Assembly (NCBI GenBank): GCA_963575745.1
Contig: CAUYUJ010000201.1
Coordinates: 1 to 64,000 of the forward strand
Reading direction: 5' to 3'
DNA: 64,000 nucleotides
From: Prorocentrum cordatum
Lineage: Eukaryota
Below, one piece after another: positions 52,641-64,000 of this stretch (position 1 is the stretch's first letter; every line of letters begins with the position of its first letter). The notes below the pieces were generated by a model that made no database searches, was not told the origin of the DNA, and worked only from the letters and a program-made list of their open reading frames with translations. The position numbers and the translations under genes were made by a program.

Positions 52641-53810
52641 AATCAGTTTACCCTCATGCGCGATGATTCCACACGAAGCATGCGACCATCATGATAACCA
52701 TCCACATCATGGGGGACGCTCGTTCTATAGCGGGGTCCGTTATCCCCATTCCCAGATCTCCCGCCCAATGAAGTCTTGCAAACACACCTCCTCCGAGAAA
52801 TTTCAACATATCCCGCCTCGAAAACACATGCCCGCATCTTGCTGCTCCGATGCGAGACCGCCAGTGGAACCCCAGCGAAGGGTAACGCACAAGGAAGTAT
52901 CGAACGACAGGATTGCCTTCGTGGGGATGGGGGCTGTCGGCGGTGAGGCAAGGACCTGGCCCTGAATAGAAAGGGAGGAAGACTCGAGCAGGGCTGCTGT
53001 TGTTGCTTGGAGCGGCGCCAATGCTGAAGAGAGTAGGGCGCTAGTCCAGCGTAAAACACAACGAAGTCTCGAGCAAGAACGCTGGTTTTGCTAGGACGGC
53101 GGCTTTCGGCGGCGAGGAGGAACACCACCTTGGGCAAGAAAGGAGGAAGCATCGAGCGGGAGCCGTGGTTTTGTCTGGACGGGGGTTGTCGACGGCGAGG
53201 GACAGCACCGTCTTCAGGAAAAAAAGAAATCTCGAGCGGGAGCGTTGCTCTTGCTGGGACCGGCGCCAATTCAAAAGAGAGTAGGGCGCCAGTCCAGCGT
53301 AAAACGGAAGGAGGTCTCGGGCGGGAGCGCTGGTTTTGTCGGGGCGGCGGTTTTCGGCGGCGAGGAGGAACACCGCCTTGAGCAAAAATGGAGGAAGCTT
53401 CGAGCGGGCGCCGTGGTTTTCTCGGGACGAGGGTGTCGGCGGCGAGGAACAGCACAGTCTTCAGGAAAAAAAATAAAGCCTCGAGCGGGAGCGTTATTTT
53501 TGCCGGGAGCGGCGCCAACTCAAAAGAGAGTAGGGCGCCAGTCCAGCGTAAAACGGAAGGAAGTCTCGGGAGGGAGCGCTGGTTTTGTCGGGGCGGCGGT
53601 TTTCGGCGGCGAGGAGGAGCACCAGCCCTGAGTAAAAAAGGAGGAAGCCTCCAGCGGGAGCGTTGTTGTTGTCGGGGGGCGGTTTTGGCGGTCCCCCAAA
53701 CCGCTCGAGCGCGAGCCTCAATTTCAATGAAAATGTAGCCGGCGCCTCGGCGAGAGCGCCAGAGCGCCTTGAAGGTGCCCAACAATAATAAGTGTTTAGT
53801 AATTAACACT
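52641..53810 (+). repeat. Family C element between (AAC)n tracts, with about 250-bp internal tandem units
   Basis: 5' cagtttaccctcatgcgcgatg...catcatgataac (also at 57637, diverged at about 35577). It ends cccaacaataataagtgtttagtaattaacactc(aac)n. Confidence 0.75.
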
Positions 53811-53813
53811 CAA

Positions 53814-53884
<71 letters not shown>

Positions 53885-53886
<2 letters not shown>

Positions 53887-56800
53887 CATTTTACCCGAAC
53901 GCGTGGTGTTCTCCCCAGTGCCAGGGTTTTCATACGACACCAGGCAATACCCCCACTTCGTGGGGGGGCATTACAAGCTATACCAAATATCCAAACGACT
54001 CTTCGCGACCACCCAAACCCAGCTTCCCGCCCTATGACGTTGGGACACTTCACTTCGTGGCGTGCGGACGACCGTGGCTACTACACTGGCGCGGGGTACA
54101 CACCCACAGAACCCAATGGTTTTTGGAGATTTCGGCGTGCGCGCGCGAAGAAAAAACGAATGTGTCCGCATGGTATTATTTGACAGGGATGATGGCCCTG
54201 GCAGGTGCGCAACCGTTGTCGCAGAAGTTCGAAAAAGTTGCTCGCAAAAGCCCGTTTGACAGAAATGTTTAACAAGTGTTGGGTTTCCTACGAATCCGCA
54301 AGAGCGCGCGGGATGAGATTTTGACAATTTTTTGTTGAAAAACCATTGGTTTTTTTTGATGTTTTTATGTTAAAATCGCTGCGAACACTAAGGTTTTGGA
54401 AGGATTTCGTCTTGCGCGCGCGAATGTCCACTTTACCTTATTTTTTGCAAGGGATTCTTGAAATTTGATTATATTAGAACAAGAAATGTCATTTTATAGT
54501 GTTTTTGCAAGGGAAAACGGATTACAACAAAAAAACCGGATCTGGACCCCATCCACTTTTCTGAAGCTTTCGCGAAAAAATGATGAAAATGTAGCTGCGG
54601 CCTAGGCGCGGCGGGGGGGCCGTGCACCGGGGGCCAACAATATATTCTTAGAAATTAATATGTTTCAACAACAACAACAAACACTTTACCCGAACGCTCA
54701 GTGTTCTCACCCGTGCCAGGGTTTTCATGCGACGCCAGCCAATACCCCCACTTTGTGGGGGGGCAGTGCAAGCTCTACCAAATATCCACACGACTCTTCG
54801 CCACCACCCACACCCAGCTTCCCGCCCTATGACGTTCGGACACTTCACTTCGTGGCCTGCGGACGACCGTGGCTACTACACTGGCGTGGAGTAAACACCC
54901 ACAGAAGTTGTTAAGCCTACGTTCGTACACCCACAGAAGTTGTTAAGCCTTGTTAACCCACAGAAGTTGTTAAGCCTTCCACAGAACATCTGTTGCATAT
55001 GATGCATATGGTACATGATACACATGATACACATGATACGTACTCACAAGATAGTTGATCACATTTTTAGGGCAAATTCCTGAGGGATGTGGGAATACAC
55101 AAGAGAGAGAGGATATGGTTGTCCCGATGGTTGTCTCGATGGTTGTCCCGATGGTTGTCCTGATGGTTGTGGTTGTCCCGATCGTTGTCCCGATGATCGT
55201 TTTATTCTCGGCGGCCGAGGGCGCAACCTATGGCGCAACCGCAAGGGATTGTGGCCCCTGGCAGGCGCGCGAACCCCGTTGCAAGAGCGTGCGAAAGTAG
55301 CTCGCGCGAGCTCATGTAACATAACTGTTGGAAAACCATTGGTTTTTTTAGGATTCGGACAGCGCGCGCGGGTAGAAATTTTGAAAAGTCGTGCAGGTGT
55401 TTTTCGAGGACCTACGGTGCGATTCGTGTGATTTTATGATGCGCGGTGCTAAAATTCTTAAAAACCCAATGGTTTTTGGAGATTTCGGAGTGCGCGCGCG
55501 AAGAAAAAACGAATGTGTCCCGCATGGTATTATTTGACAGGGATGATGGCCCTGGCAGGTGCGCAACCGTTGTCGCAGAAGTTCGAAAAAGCTGCTCGCA
55601 AAAGCCCGTTTGACAGAAATGTTTAAAAAGTGTTGGGTTTCCTACGAATCCGCAAGAGCGCGCGGGATGAGATGTTGACAATTTTTTGTTGAAAAACCAT
55701 TGGTTTTTTGATGTTTTTATGTTAAAATCGCTGCGAACACTAAGGTTTTGGAAGGATTTCGTCTTGCGCGCGCGAATGTCCATTTTACCTTAAAAATAAA
55801 TATTATTATGATATTATTTAATATAATTTAATAAAATATAAAATAAAATAAATTTTAATTTTTTTGCAAGGGATTCTTGAAATTTGATTATATTAGAACA
55901 AGAAATGTCATTTTCTATTGTTTTTTGCAACGGAAAGCGGATTACAACAAAACAACCGGATCCTGTACACACCCTCTTTTCTGAGGCTTCCTCACGAAAA
56001 TGATGAAAATGTAGCTGCGGCCTAGGCGGCGCAGGGGGGCCGTGCACCAGGGGTCCCAACAATAATTATTCTTTAGAATTAATAATGTTCAACAACAATT
56101 ACTAGCACGTGGGGGCACTCCGTTCTCACCAGTGCCAGGGTTTTCATAGGAGGCGGGCAATACCCACTTTGTGGGGGGGCCGGTTCAAGCTCTACCAAAT
56201 TTCCAAACGACTCTTCGCCACCACCCACACCCAGCTTCCCGCCCTATGACGTTCGGACACTTCACTTCGTGGCATGCGGACGACCGTGGCTACTATTCAG
56301 GGCCCTGCGGCCGACGACGACGGCGTGCGCGCGCGAAGAAAAAACGAATGTGTCCAGCATGGTATTATTTGACAGGGATGATGGCCCTGGCAGGTGCGCA
56401 ACCGTTGTCGCAGAAGTTCGAAAAAGTTGCTCGCAAAAACCCGTTTGACAGAAATGTATAAAAAGTGTTGGGTTTCCTACGAATCCGCAAGAGCGCGCGG
56501 GATGAGATTTTGACAATTTTTTGTTGAAAAACCATTGGTTTTTGATGTTTTTATGTTAAAATCGCTGCGAACACCAAGGTTTTGGAAGGATTTCGTCTTG
56601 CGCGCGCGAATGTCCACTTTACCTTATTTTTTGCAAGGGATTCTTGAAATTTGATTATATTAGAACAAGAAATGTCATTTTTTATTGTTTTTTGCAAGGG
56701 AAAGCGGATTACAACAAAACAACCGGATCCTGTACACACCCTCTTTTCTGAGGCTTCCTCACGAAAATGATGAAAATGTAGCTGCGGCCTAGGCGGCGCA

Positions 56801-57628
56801 GGGGGGGCGCGCACCAGGGGGCCCAACAATAATTATTCTTTAGAATAAATAAATGTTCAACAACAATTACTAGCAAGTGGGGACACACCGTTCTCACCAG
56901 TGCCAGGGTTTTCATAGGAGGCGGGCAATACCCCCACTTTGTGGGGGGGCCGGTTCAAGCTCTACCAAGTTTCCAAACGACTCTTCGCCACCACACACAC
57001 CCAGCTTCCCGCCCTATGACGTTCGGACACTTCACTTCGTGGCCTGCGGACGACCGTGGCTACTATTCAGGGCCACGCGGCCGACGACGACGGCGTGCGC
57101 GCGCGAAGAAAAAACGAATGTGTCCCGCATGGTATTATTTGACAGGGATGATGGCCATGGCAGGTGCGCAACCGTTGTCGCAGAAGTTCGAAAAAGTTGC
57201 TCGCAAAAGCCCGTTTGACAGAAATGTTTAAAAAGTGTTGGGTTTCCTACGAATCCGCAAGAGCGCGCGGGATGCAATTTTGACAATTTGTTGTTGAAAA
57301 ACCATTTGTTTTTTTATGTTTTTATGTTAAAATCGCTGCGAACACTAAGGTTTTGGAAGGATTTCGTCTTGCGCGCGCGAATGTCCACTTTACCTTATTT
57401 TTTGCAAGGGATTCTTGAAATTTGATTATATTAGAACAAGAAATGTCATTTTTCTATTGTTTTTTGCAAGGGAAAGCGGATTACAACAAAACAACCGGAT
57501 CCTGTACACACCCTCTTTTCTGAGGCTTCCTCACGAAAATGATGAAAATGTAGCTGCGGCCTAGGCGGCGCAGGGGGGGCGCGCACCAGGGGGCCCAACA
57601 ATAATTATGCTTTAGAATAAATAATGTT
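53885..57628 (+). repeat. Head-to-tail array of about 770-bp family A elements separated by short (AAC)n
   Basis: Units at about 53885-54667, 54681-56090 (with an internal insertion), 56098-56858 and 56866-57628. Each begins near gttctcaccagtgccagggttttcata and ends caacaataattattctttagaattaataatgttc(aac)n. Confidence 0.92.
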
Positions 57629-57779
57629 CAACAACAATCAGTTTACCCTCATGCGCGATGTTTCCACACGGAGCATGCGACCATCATGATAACCATCCAC
57701 AGCATGGGGGACTCTTGTTCTATAGCGGGGTTCACTATTCCCATTCCCAGACCTCCCGCAACAACAACAACAACAACAA

Positions 57780-58740
57780 CCATTGTAAGGCTGTACGCTC
57801 TTACTTGCCCGCGAGTCATTCAACACGTATACCATACACCCTCGATACCCGCCCTCTTCGTCTTCGATCACACCCCTTTCGGGGGGATTATTTCTCTTTG
57901 CTGGGGCCGGCGGGCTTAGACGTACGGGCAAACCGGAACGGGCGGACAATCCTTCGGGGGCGTACATCTCTCTGCCCGCCATTGGAATTTGCGCGGGCCG
58001 TGCAAGAGGAGGAGGGGAAGAACGAGGGAGAGTGGGAGGAAGGGGAGGGGGAAGGACGAAGGAAGAGGGAAGATACCACGTTGTGAAGGCGTCCTTGGCG
58101 CGCGCGTGGTTCCTGAGCGCCGAAACGCAATTCCAGAAAAATTTGTGAGGACGTCGCACGCGAGAGCGCAGTCCTGAGTACATTGTGAGGAAATCTCGGG
58201 CGGGAGCGGGGGCCCTGACTAAGTTGCGAGGAAGTCTCAAGCGGGAGCGCCGTTCCTGAGCAAATTGCACGGAAGTCTCAGGCGGGAGCGGGGGTCCTCA
58301 ATAAATTGCGAGGAAGTCTCAGGCGGGAGCGCCGTTCCTGAGTCAATTGCGCGGAAATGTCAGGCAGGAGGCAGGCGGTCTTGATTACATGCGAGGAAGG
58401 TCTCCGACGGGCGGCCTTTCCTGAGTAAATTGCGCGGAAGTCTCAGGCGGGAGCGGGGGTCTTTGATTAAATGCGAGGAAGTCTCAGACGGGTAGCGCCT
58501 TTCCTGAGTAAATTGCGCGGAAGTCTCAGGCGGGAGCGGGGGTCCTGAGTAAAAATCGAGGAAGTCTCAGGCGGGAGCCGTTGTTGTTGTAGCCCGGGGG
58601 GCAGGGGCACAGTTTGAGCAGGAAGACTTTCCTTGAGAAAAAAGAAGGTGCGAGCCCCGGGGGTGGCACTTCAATCGAAAAAAACAATGTGCACCGGTGG
58701 GAGGGATCAACAATAATTATTCTTCAAGAATGAGAATTCA
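57780..58740 (+). repeat. Family B element between (AAC)n tracts
   Basis: Family B 5' motif, aaattgcgaggaagtctcaggcgggagcg tandem units at 58100-58580, and the shared 3' motif. Confidence 0.85.
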
Positions 58741-60995
58741 ACTACAACAACAACAACAACAGCAACAACAGCAGCAGCAGCAACAACAACAACAACAACA
58801 ACAACAGCAACAACAACAACAAGAACAACAGCAACAACAACAACAACAACAATCCGCACCGCAGAACCGCAGTTCAGTCACGCGCCCAGGGACAATGAAT
58901 GACTTATCGGTCCCCTCACTCTGAACATAAACATAACATTTCGACGGTCCGTGCGGATTTCTTGGATCGGCGCTGGGCCCCCCCTGGGAACGCCTCTGGC
59001 GCCGCCCTTGGCGCACTCCGTGCGCCAGGGAGGGGAATCCAGCGGCGATCCAAGAAATCAGCGCGGACCTCCGAAAGTTCATGGTTATGCCACTCTCTGC
59101 TCCTGGGAGAGATGCAGGCGGGCATGGAACGCGGAACGCCAGACAACTGGACGATGGCGAGGAAGACGGGGCACAAAGGTGGAGACGGAGGCGGACGGGC
59201 AAACAGAGACACTACTTTGGTCGCCGCAAGCCACGTTCACGAGCCGTGCGAGCGCTCCTGGCAGAAGTGAAGCGTTGCCGTCCAGCCGCACAGCAGGTGG
59301 CGGCATGACCACCGCAAAACAGGACGAATTCTGCGTGGCGCCCCAGACCCCACTCAAATCAGCGGCAACTTGCTTGTAGGTCAGGTCCGTGACCAGAGCA
59401 GGGAGGCTGCAAAGAATGGTATCATTCCCGTCACAATGGAGATAAAGAGAGAGAGAGGGTAGGGGTGGGAGGGTGAGGAGGGATGCGGAAAGAAGAGGGG
59501 AAAGAGAGGGAGGAAGGAGAGGAGGGTCCACTCGTCGAAGGCGGAGTGGGGTGCCACTCGGCTGCCCCCGGGCAGGATGGAGGGGATGAGATGGAAAGAG
59601 TGAGGAGGAGGAGTAGTGGGAATCGGGCTATCGTCAGTTTTGAGCAAAATCGAGGCCCGTGGGGGGGCAGCGCCCGAGACCCCCACGGGCGCCTCTAAGC
59701 ATCTGGGCGCTCACCGCGGCGGCAAATTGCGACTGACCCCATCAGCAATCCAAAGAGGCCAAGTGACAACGTGCCGCGAGCTCCCGATTCGGATTTCGAA
59801 ACACAGATGCACAACAAGATGCATCACGAGGACCCAAGAAACCTCCAAGAGCCCAAGGGCCTAAGGGCCCTCACCCTTGTCCCCATGCCCCGAAGAGCCT
59901 TCCAGGAGGCTCAACAGGGCCCAATACAACAATTCAGGCCCCCATGAGATTCCCGAACCAAGATCGGCGGCGGGTTGTTCCGAAGGCCATTAGATATGCA
60001 ACGCATGCGTAGCCTAGCCCTCATCCTCCTTCTCCTGCTCATCCTAATCGTACTCCTGATCATCCGTCGCTGTTTTCCCTCGCACCTACTATCCACCTCT
60101 GCTCCCCTGTCCTCTTGCGCTGCTCCTTTCCTGGATCGAGAGGGCCGACGCTCGGCCACGGGTTGTTCTGGCTCGCCAGCGGGCGGTCCCTGCCCGAGGC
60201 GCCCGCGCATCCCCGCGCAGGCACCGGGCCCAGAGGCAGGCCGCCAGGCAGGCCGCCAGGCAGGCCCCCAGGAGGCGTCCTCGCAGCCCTCACGCGAGGA
60301 TGTGCCTCATGGCCTATGGGGCGGCGGGGGGGAAGGTGCGGAGGCCAGATCGATTATCCTCAGGGCGTGTGTTAGCCCAAACGTGTGTCTACCCCGTTCG
60401 GCTCCGCCGATATTTAACCGCCCGCATCGTGTTGGAGTGCCTCAGTGGACAAACACACGTCGGTGCTGACGCACGTTCTGAGGATCATCGATCAGAAGAG
60501 GAACAGATACCGATGCCGCTACTTGTCCCTCGTGGTTTCGGCTGGATTCGCTTCGAAATCTCATCAGAACGCACCACTGGAAAGGTCCGCGGAGTTGCGG
60601 CATCGGCATCTGCTTTTCGGTTCCCCCAGGAGGCGGAGGGAAGGAGGGAGGCTGGAGGCAGGAACGAAGAGCGGGGAGAGATGCAGGATAGAAACAGGGA
60701 GGATGGGGGAAGGGCGTGGCGAGGTGGAGGGCTGAAGGAGGAGGGGAGGGGACGACGGAGGCATCGAGTGGATGAAGGAGGAGGATGGGCGGAGGGCTGG
60801 AGGCATAGAGTGGATGGAGGGGAGGAGGATGAGGTAATGGAGGGCTTCCATCCCCTCTTCCTTCTCTCTCCATCCTGGTGTCTCCTCCCTCCCTCCCTCC
60901 CTCCTCCACCTCCTCCCCCTCCTCCTCCTCCTCCTCCTCCTCCTCCTCCTCCTCCTCCTCCTCTTTCCACTCATCCCTCATCCTTCTTCTCACCC

Positions 60996-62534
60996 TCATC
61001 CTTCTCCCCACTCCCTCCCTCCCTCCCCTCGTCCTTCCACGATACTTTCTCCCGTTGCATTTGACATTGGTTGGCCCACCTTGCCAAGCGCCTTGCGGGC
61101 CTTCTCGTCCTCCTGGACCACGGCCTTGAACTCCCACGGGAACTTTGGCCTGGTCAGGGGCTCCAGCTCGAGCGGGGCGAACTCCCCGTCGGTGCCCGCA
61201 GCCGCCGCCGGGACCCCCTCCTCGCTCTTCCGCTGCTGAATCGCCAAGAGCTCCGCCCTCGGCCTGATCATCAAGAAGCTGCGGTCCAGCATCACGGCGC
61301 CGCCGTCCACCCCAGGCACGTCCTTGATCACCTGCGTGTACGTGCCCACCTTCACGGTCATGGTGTCCTCCTCATGCGCCTTGTCCGCCACGACTGGCAC
61401 GCTCCAGGCGGGGACGCTGATGGTGCTGCGGGGGTCCTTGAAGTTAACGTTCGGCACGATGAAGATGTTGAGCTCCTGCTGCTCAATGCGCACGCGGCCT
61501 GCTGCGACGCGAGCTCCATCTCCAACGAAGGCGCCAGGGTATATCACCACCCTGCCTGCGAAATGAAGCTTGAGCTTCTCCTCCATGGACCCGCATGCAT
61601 CACGCGTCCTGTCGAAGTAGAGCTTCACTCCGCCACCGGGCCTACCAGCTGACATCTGGGAGGACGGGCACACCAGGAAGTCAAGGCCCACATCGAGGAG
61701 AGAGATCGGCTTCGCGTGCTGCTCCTTCTCATCGTTCTCGTCGTTCTCGTCCTCGACGACCACCTCCACCTTCTCGGCCGCGGTCTCCACCGCGGCGTCC
61801 TCATCCCTCGCTGCAATCACCGCAGGCTCGGTCTTCCCTGCGACCCTCGTCTTGGGCTTCTTCGGCGTCGGCGGCACCGCGGCGGCATCGTCACCGCCGT
61901 TGGAGCCGCCCACTGGTTTGGTAATGGCAGGCCCGCAACCGAACAGCCACTCCTCCATGATGGCATGCGTCAGGTAGCGGCTCGCCTCGTCGCACTTCCA
62001 CAGGCGGCGCGACATGCCACAAGCCCCCATACCCTTGAAGAGGATGACGTATTCCTTGCCGTTGATCTCTACCTGAGTGCACTGTTCCAAGGCCACAACC
62101 ACTGTGTTCTGAGGCTGCGCGGACGTCGTCTCGGCCGTCTCGGCGCCAGCATTGTCGGCATTGTCACCGCGCGGGCTGGACTCAGCATCTGGAGCGGTCA
62201 GGGGCAGGGCCACGGCAGAGGCTTTCCCCCGAAGCGCGTCGGCGCCTTCCTCGAAACCCAGGCAGAGTAAGCTCTTCCATGTTTGCAGCGCCGCAAGCTC
62301 TTGGGCATCCATCCGTCGGAGCCGCTCCTGAAGCAATAACTGCATAACCATTGACTTGACCAAGGTATCAACACCTTCGGGCACTGCGCCAGGGAACTCA
62401 ACCTGCAGTGCCTTCACGATGTCGGCCTTCTTCATGCACTCGATCTTGGACTTGACCTGCGCTTCGCGGCTCCTTTGGGCGGTGGCGAAATCACTGCCTC
62501 TCGACCTCCAATCGTCCTTGTCGTCCCCCTCCAT
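60996..62534 (-). CDS. Unknown intact 512-aa ORF
   Basis: ATG start, uninterrupted, G/C-ending codons and protein-like composition. The last about 15 codons run into a purine-rich microsatellite, so the true end is uncertain. Confidence 0.65.
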   Translation of the reverse strand: MEGDDKDDWRSRGSDFATAQRSREAQVKSKIECMKKADIVKALQVEFPGAVPEGVDTLVKSMVMQLLLQERLRRMDAQELAALQTWKSLLCLGFEEGADALRGKASAVALPLTAPDAESSPRGDNADNAGAETAETTSAQPQNTVVVALEQCTQVEINGKEYVILFKGMGACGMSRRLWKCDEASRYLTHAIMEEWLFGCGPAITKPVGGSNGGDDAAAVPPTPKKPKTRVAGKTEPAVIAARDEDAAVETAAEKVEVVVEDENDENDEKEQHAKPISLLDVGLDFLVCPSSQMSAGRPGGGVKLYFDRTRDACGSMEEKLKLHFAGRVVIYPGAFVGDGARVAAGRVRIEQQELNIFIVPNVNFKDPRSTISVPAWSVPVVADKAHEEDTMTVKVGTYTQVIKDVPGVDGGAVMLDRSFLMIRPRAELLAIQQRKSEEGVPAAAAGTDGEFAPLELEPLTRPKFPWEFKAVVQEDEKARKALGKVGQPMSNATGESIVEGRGEGGREWGEG

Positions 62535-62634
62535 ATTCCTGCTCCCTCCTCTCCCTCCTCCGCATCATCATCTTCTCCTCCCCGGGCTCCTCCCCCTCCT
62601 TCTAATACTCCTCCTCCGCTCCCCCCCCTTGGGA

Positions 62635-64000
62635 TTAAAACGCCACCGCGGTCCGCAACATTGCAACGACGGGCTTCTTCACCACTCGGCCCTTCAAGAT
62701 TTCGGCAATCTCGAACACCCTGAGCCACAATGCCTCGCTGGAGGGGTTCCCGTTCTCTACGCTATCGTACCCGAAAATGTCGGCCTCCACGGCGGCCCCG
62801 AATTCGATCCCATTGATGATGTACTGCTTGATGGGCTCGCTGCCGAACTGCGCGTTCTCTGCAATCAGCTTCAATGCCTTCTGAATGTAGAGGAACCTCG
62901 TGCGGTGGGTAGCCACGACGTCGGATTGGTCAGCCCAGAGCTCAGCCACCCATTGGGCCAAGGAGGCGTCGACCGACTGGAGCCGGATGGTCAGCATGGT
63001 ACTTTCCTTGTCAACTTTGCGCTTCTCATCGACCCATGCATTTTTGTCCTCGGAGGGCGAAACCAAACACGACGGCCGACCCCCAAACACAAGACAACCG
63101 ACCAGGGGGGGCAGAAACGAAAGCACCCCAGGACCCAACACTTTCGAAAGGTGTTTAAGCTTAGAGGCGCCATGTTTGATGACGCCCAGTCCTTGTCATC
63201 ACTTATCTGATCGAGCAACGTCAGAATGTAACCAGAAATCCGATACAAGCAAGACGGCGCATGCATATCCAGAACTTTGAAAGCATCCGAGACAATAGTT
63301 CGACATGTTGCCTGCAGATCGTCTCCTGGGTACACCCTGCCCTTCGAGCGCAAGAGAGTCGAGCTGATCCTGGTCACGACAACGTGTGTCTGCTCGAGGT
63401 ACGTCAGGTTCTGCAAGGGAGGGTTGTCGGTGAGGAAGTCGGCGACCAGCTTCTTAGTCCTCGTCCGACTCTTGCCGTCGCTGCCGATTGCCATGTTGAG
63501 CGAGGCCAAACATGAAGCCATATCAACATCATCTTGATGTGTCGACGCCACGCCATCTTTTGCACAGTCGTTTATATCATCACCCTCGGGTTTGGGCTTC
63601 TCCACGAGCTCGCTGTGCACGTCGTAAATGTGATCCATGATGCGAGGGCGCAACATCTTCCACAGTGCGAAGTGTTCCTCCTCAGAGTCTCTGTCGCCGA
63701 ACTGGAACACAACCTTCCCCTTGTCCGACTGGAGCTTCATCCCCAAGCGAACTCCGAACCTCACCATCCGGCGGAGTTCACCAGTATTCCAATGTGAACG
63801 GTCAATTTTCCGCACTGGGTGGACAACAGCGTTCATCACGTCATCCAGGAACATGGTCGAGCGGACTGTTGATCCCGCTTGCGTGCAATGTGCCACGGCA
63901 TCTGGCGTGACGGCGGCCTTAGCAGACCCCTTCGGCTTAGCCTTGCCTTTTGCCTTCGGGTTCGCCACCGTCGTCAGCAGACGCTTGGCAGGGCTCGCGG
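62635..64000 (-). CDS. Unknown intact ORF, open past the window edge, with one 86-nt intron (63049-63134)
   Basis: The 325-aa ORF 62991-63968 has no upstream stop before base 64000. Splicing TGG|GTCCTG...CCGAG|GAC joins TFRKCW to DKNAWVDEKRKVD in ORF 62635-63141. Normal amino-acid composition, no recognisable domain. Confidence 0.6.

Noticed and set aside
53377..53391. 14/15 match to the dinoflagellate spliced-leader 3' end (CCATTTTGGCTCAAG) on the minus strand
   Set aside because: It lies inside a tandem repeat whose sister units differ at this position and no ORF follows. Probably chance.

Overview
Eukaryotic, GC-rich, microsatellite-laden DNA with dinoflagellate hallmarks (GC/GA/GT 5' splice sites in an AG|G context, tiny exons, very long introns). 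Prorocentrum-like is my inference. The window lies inside a minus-strand clathrin heavy chain gene: only four exons of 66-93 nt are visible (33350-33442, 21360-21425, 16346-16429, 7603-7685), and nearly everything else is intronic repeat. Two decayed tyrosine-recombinase (DIRS-order) retrotransposons sit on the minus strand. Element 1 (26202-32868) is complete, apparently intronless, has A1-[gag, RT-RNaseH, YR]-B1-A2-B2 split direct repeats, and carries a cytosine DNA methyltransferase fused to the recombinase. Element 2 (about 41654-49670) is the most striking feature: its gag, RT-RNaseH and YR genes are broken by about 25 short (48-81 nt) candidate spliceosomal introns, about 20 of which must be removed to restore the reading frame and conserved motifs. 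It therefore looks like an intron-rich retrotransposon. Also present are several non-autonomous repeat families that sit in (AAC)n tracts and share one terminal motif, three Helentron-like non-autonomous elements, LINE-like fragments, many mini/microsatellites, and intact unknown ORFs at the right edge. All family assignments come from motifs read by eye; no searches were run.
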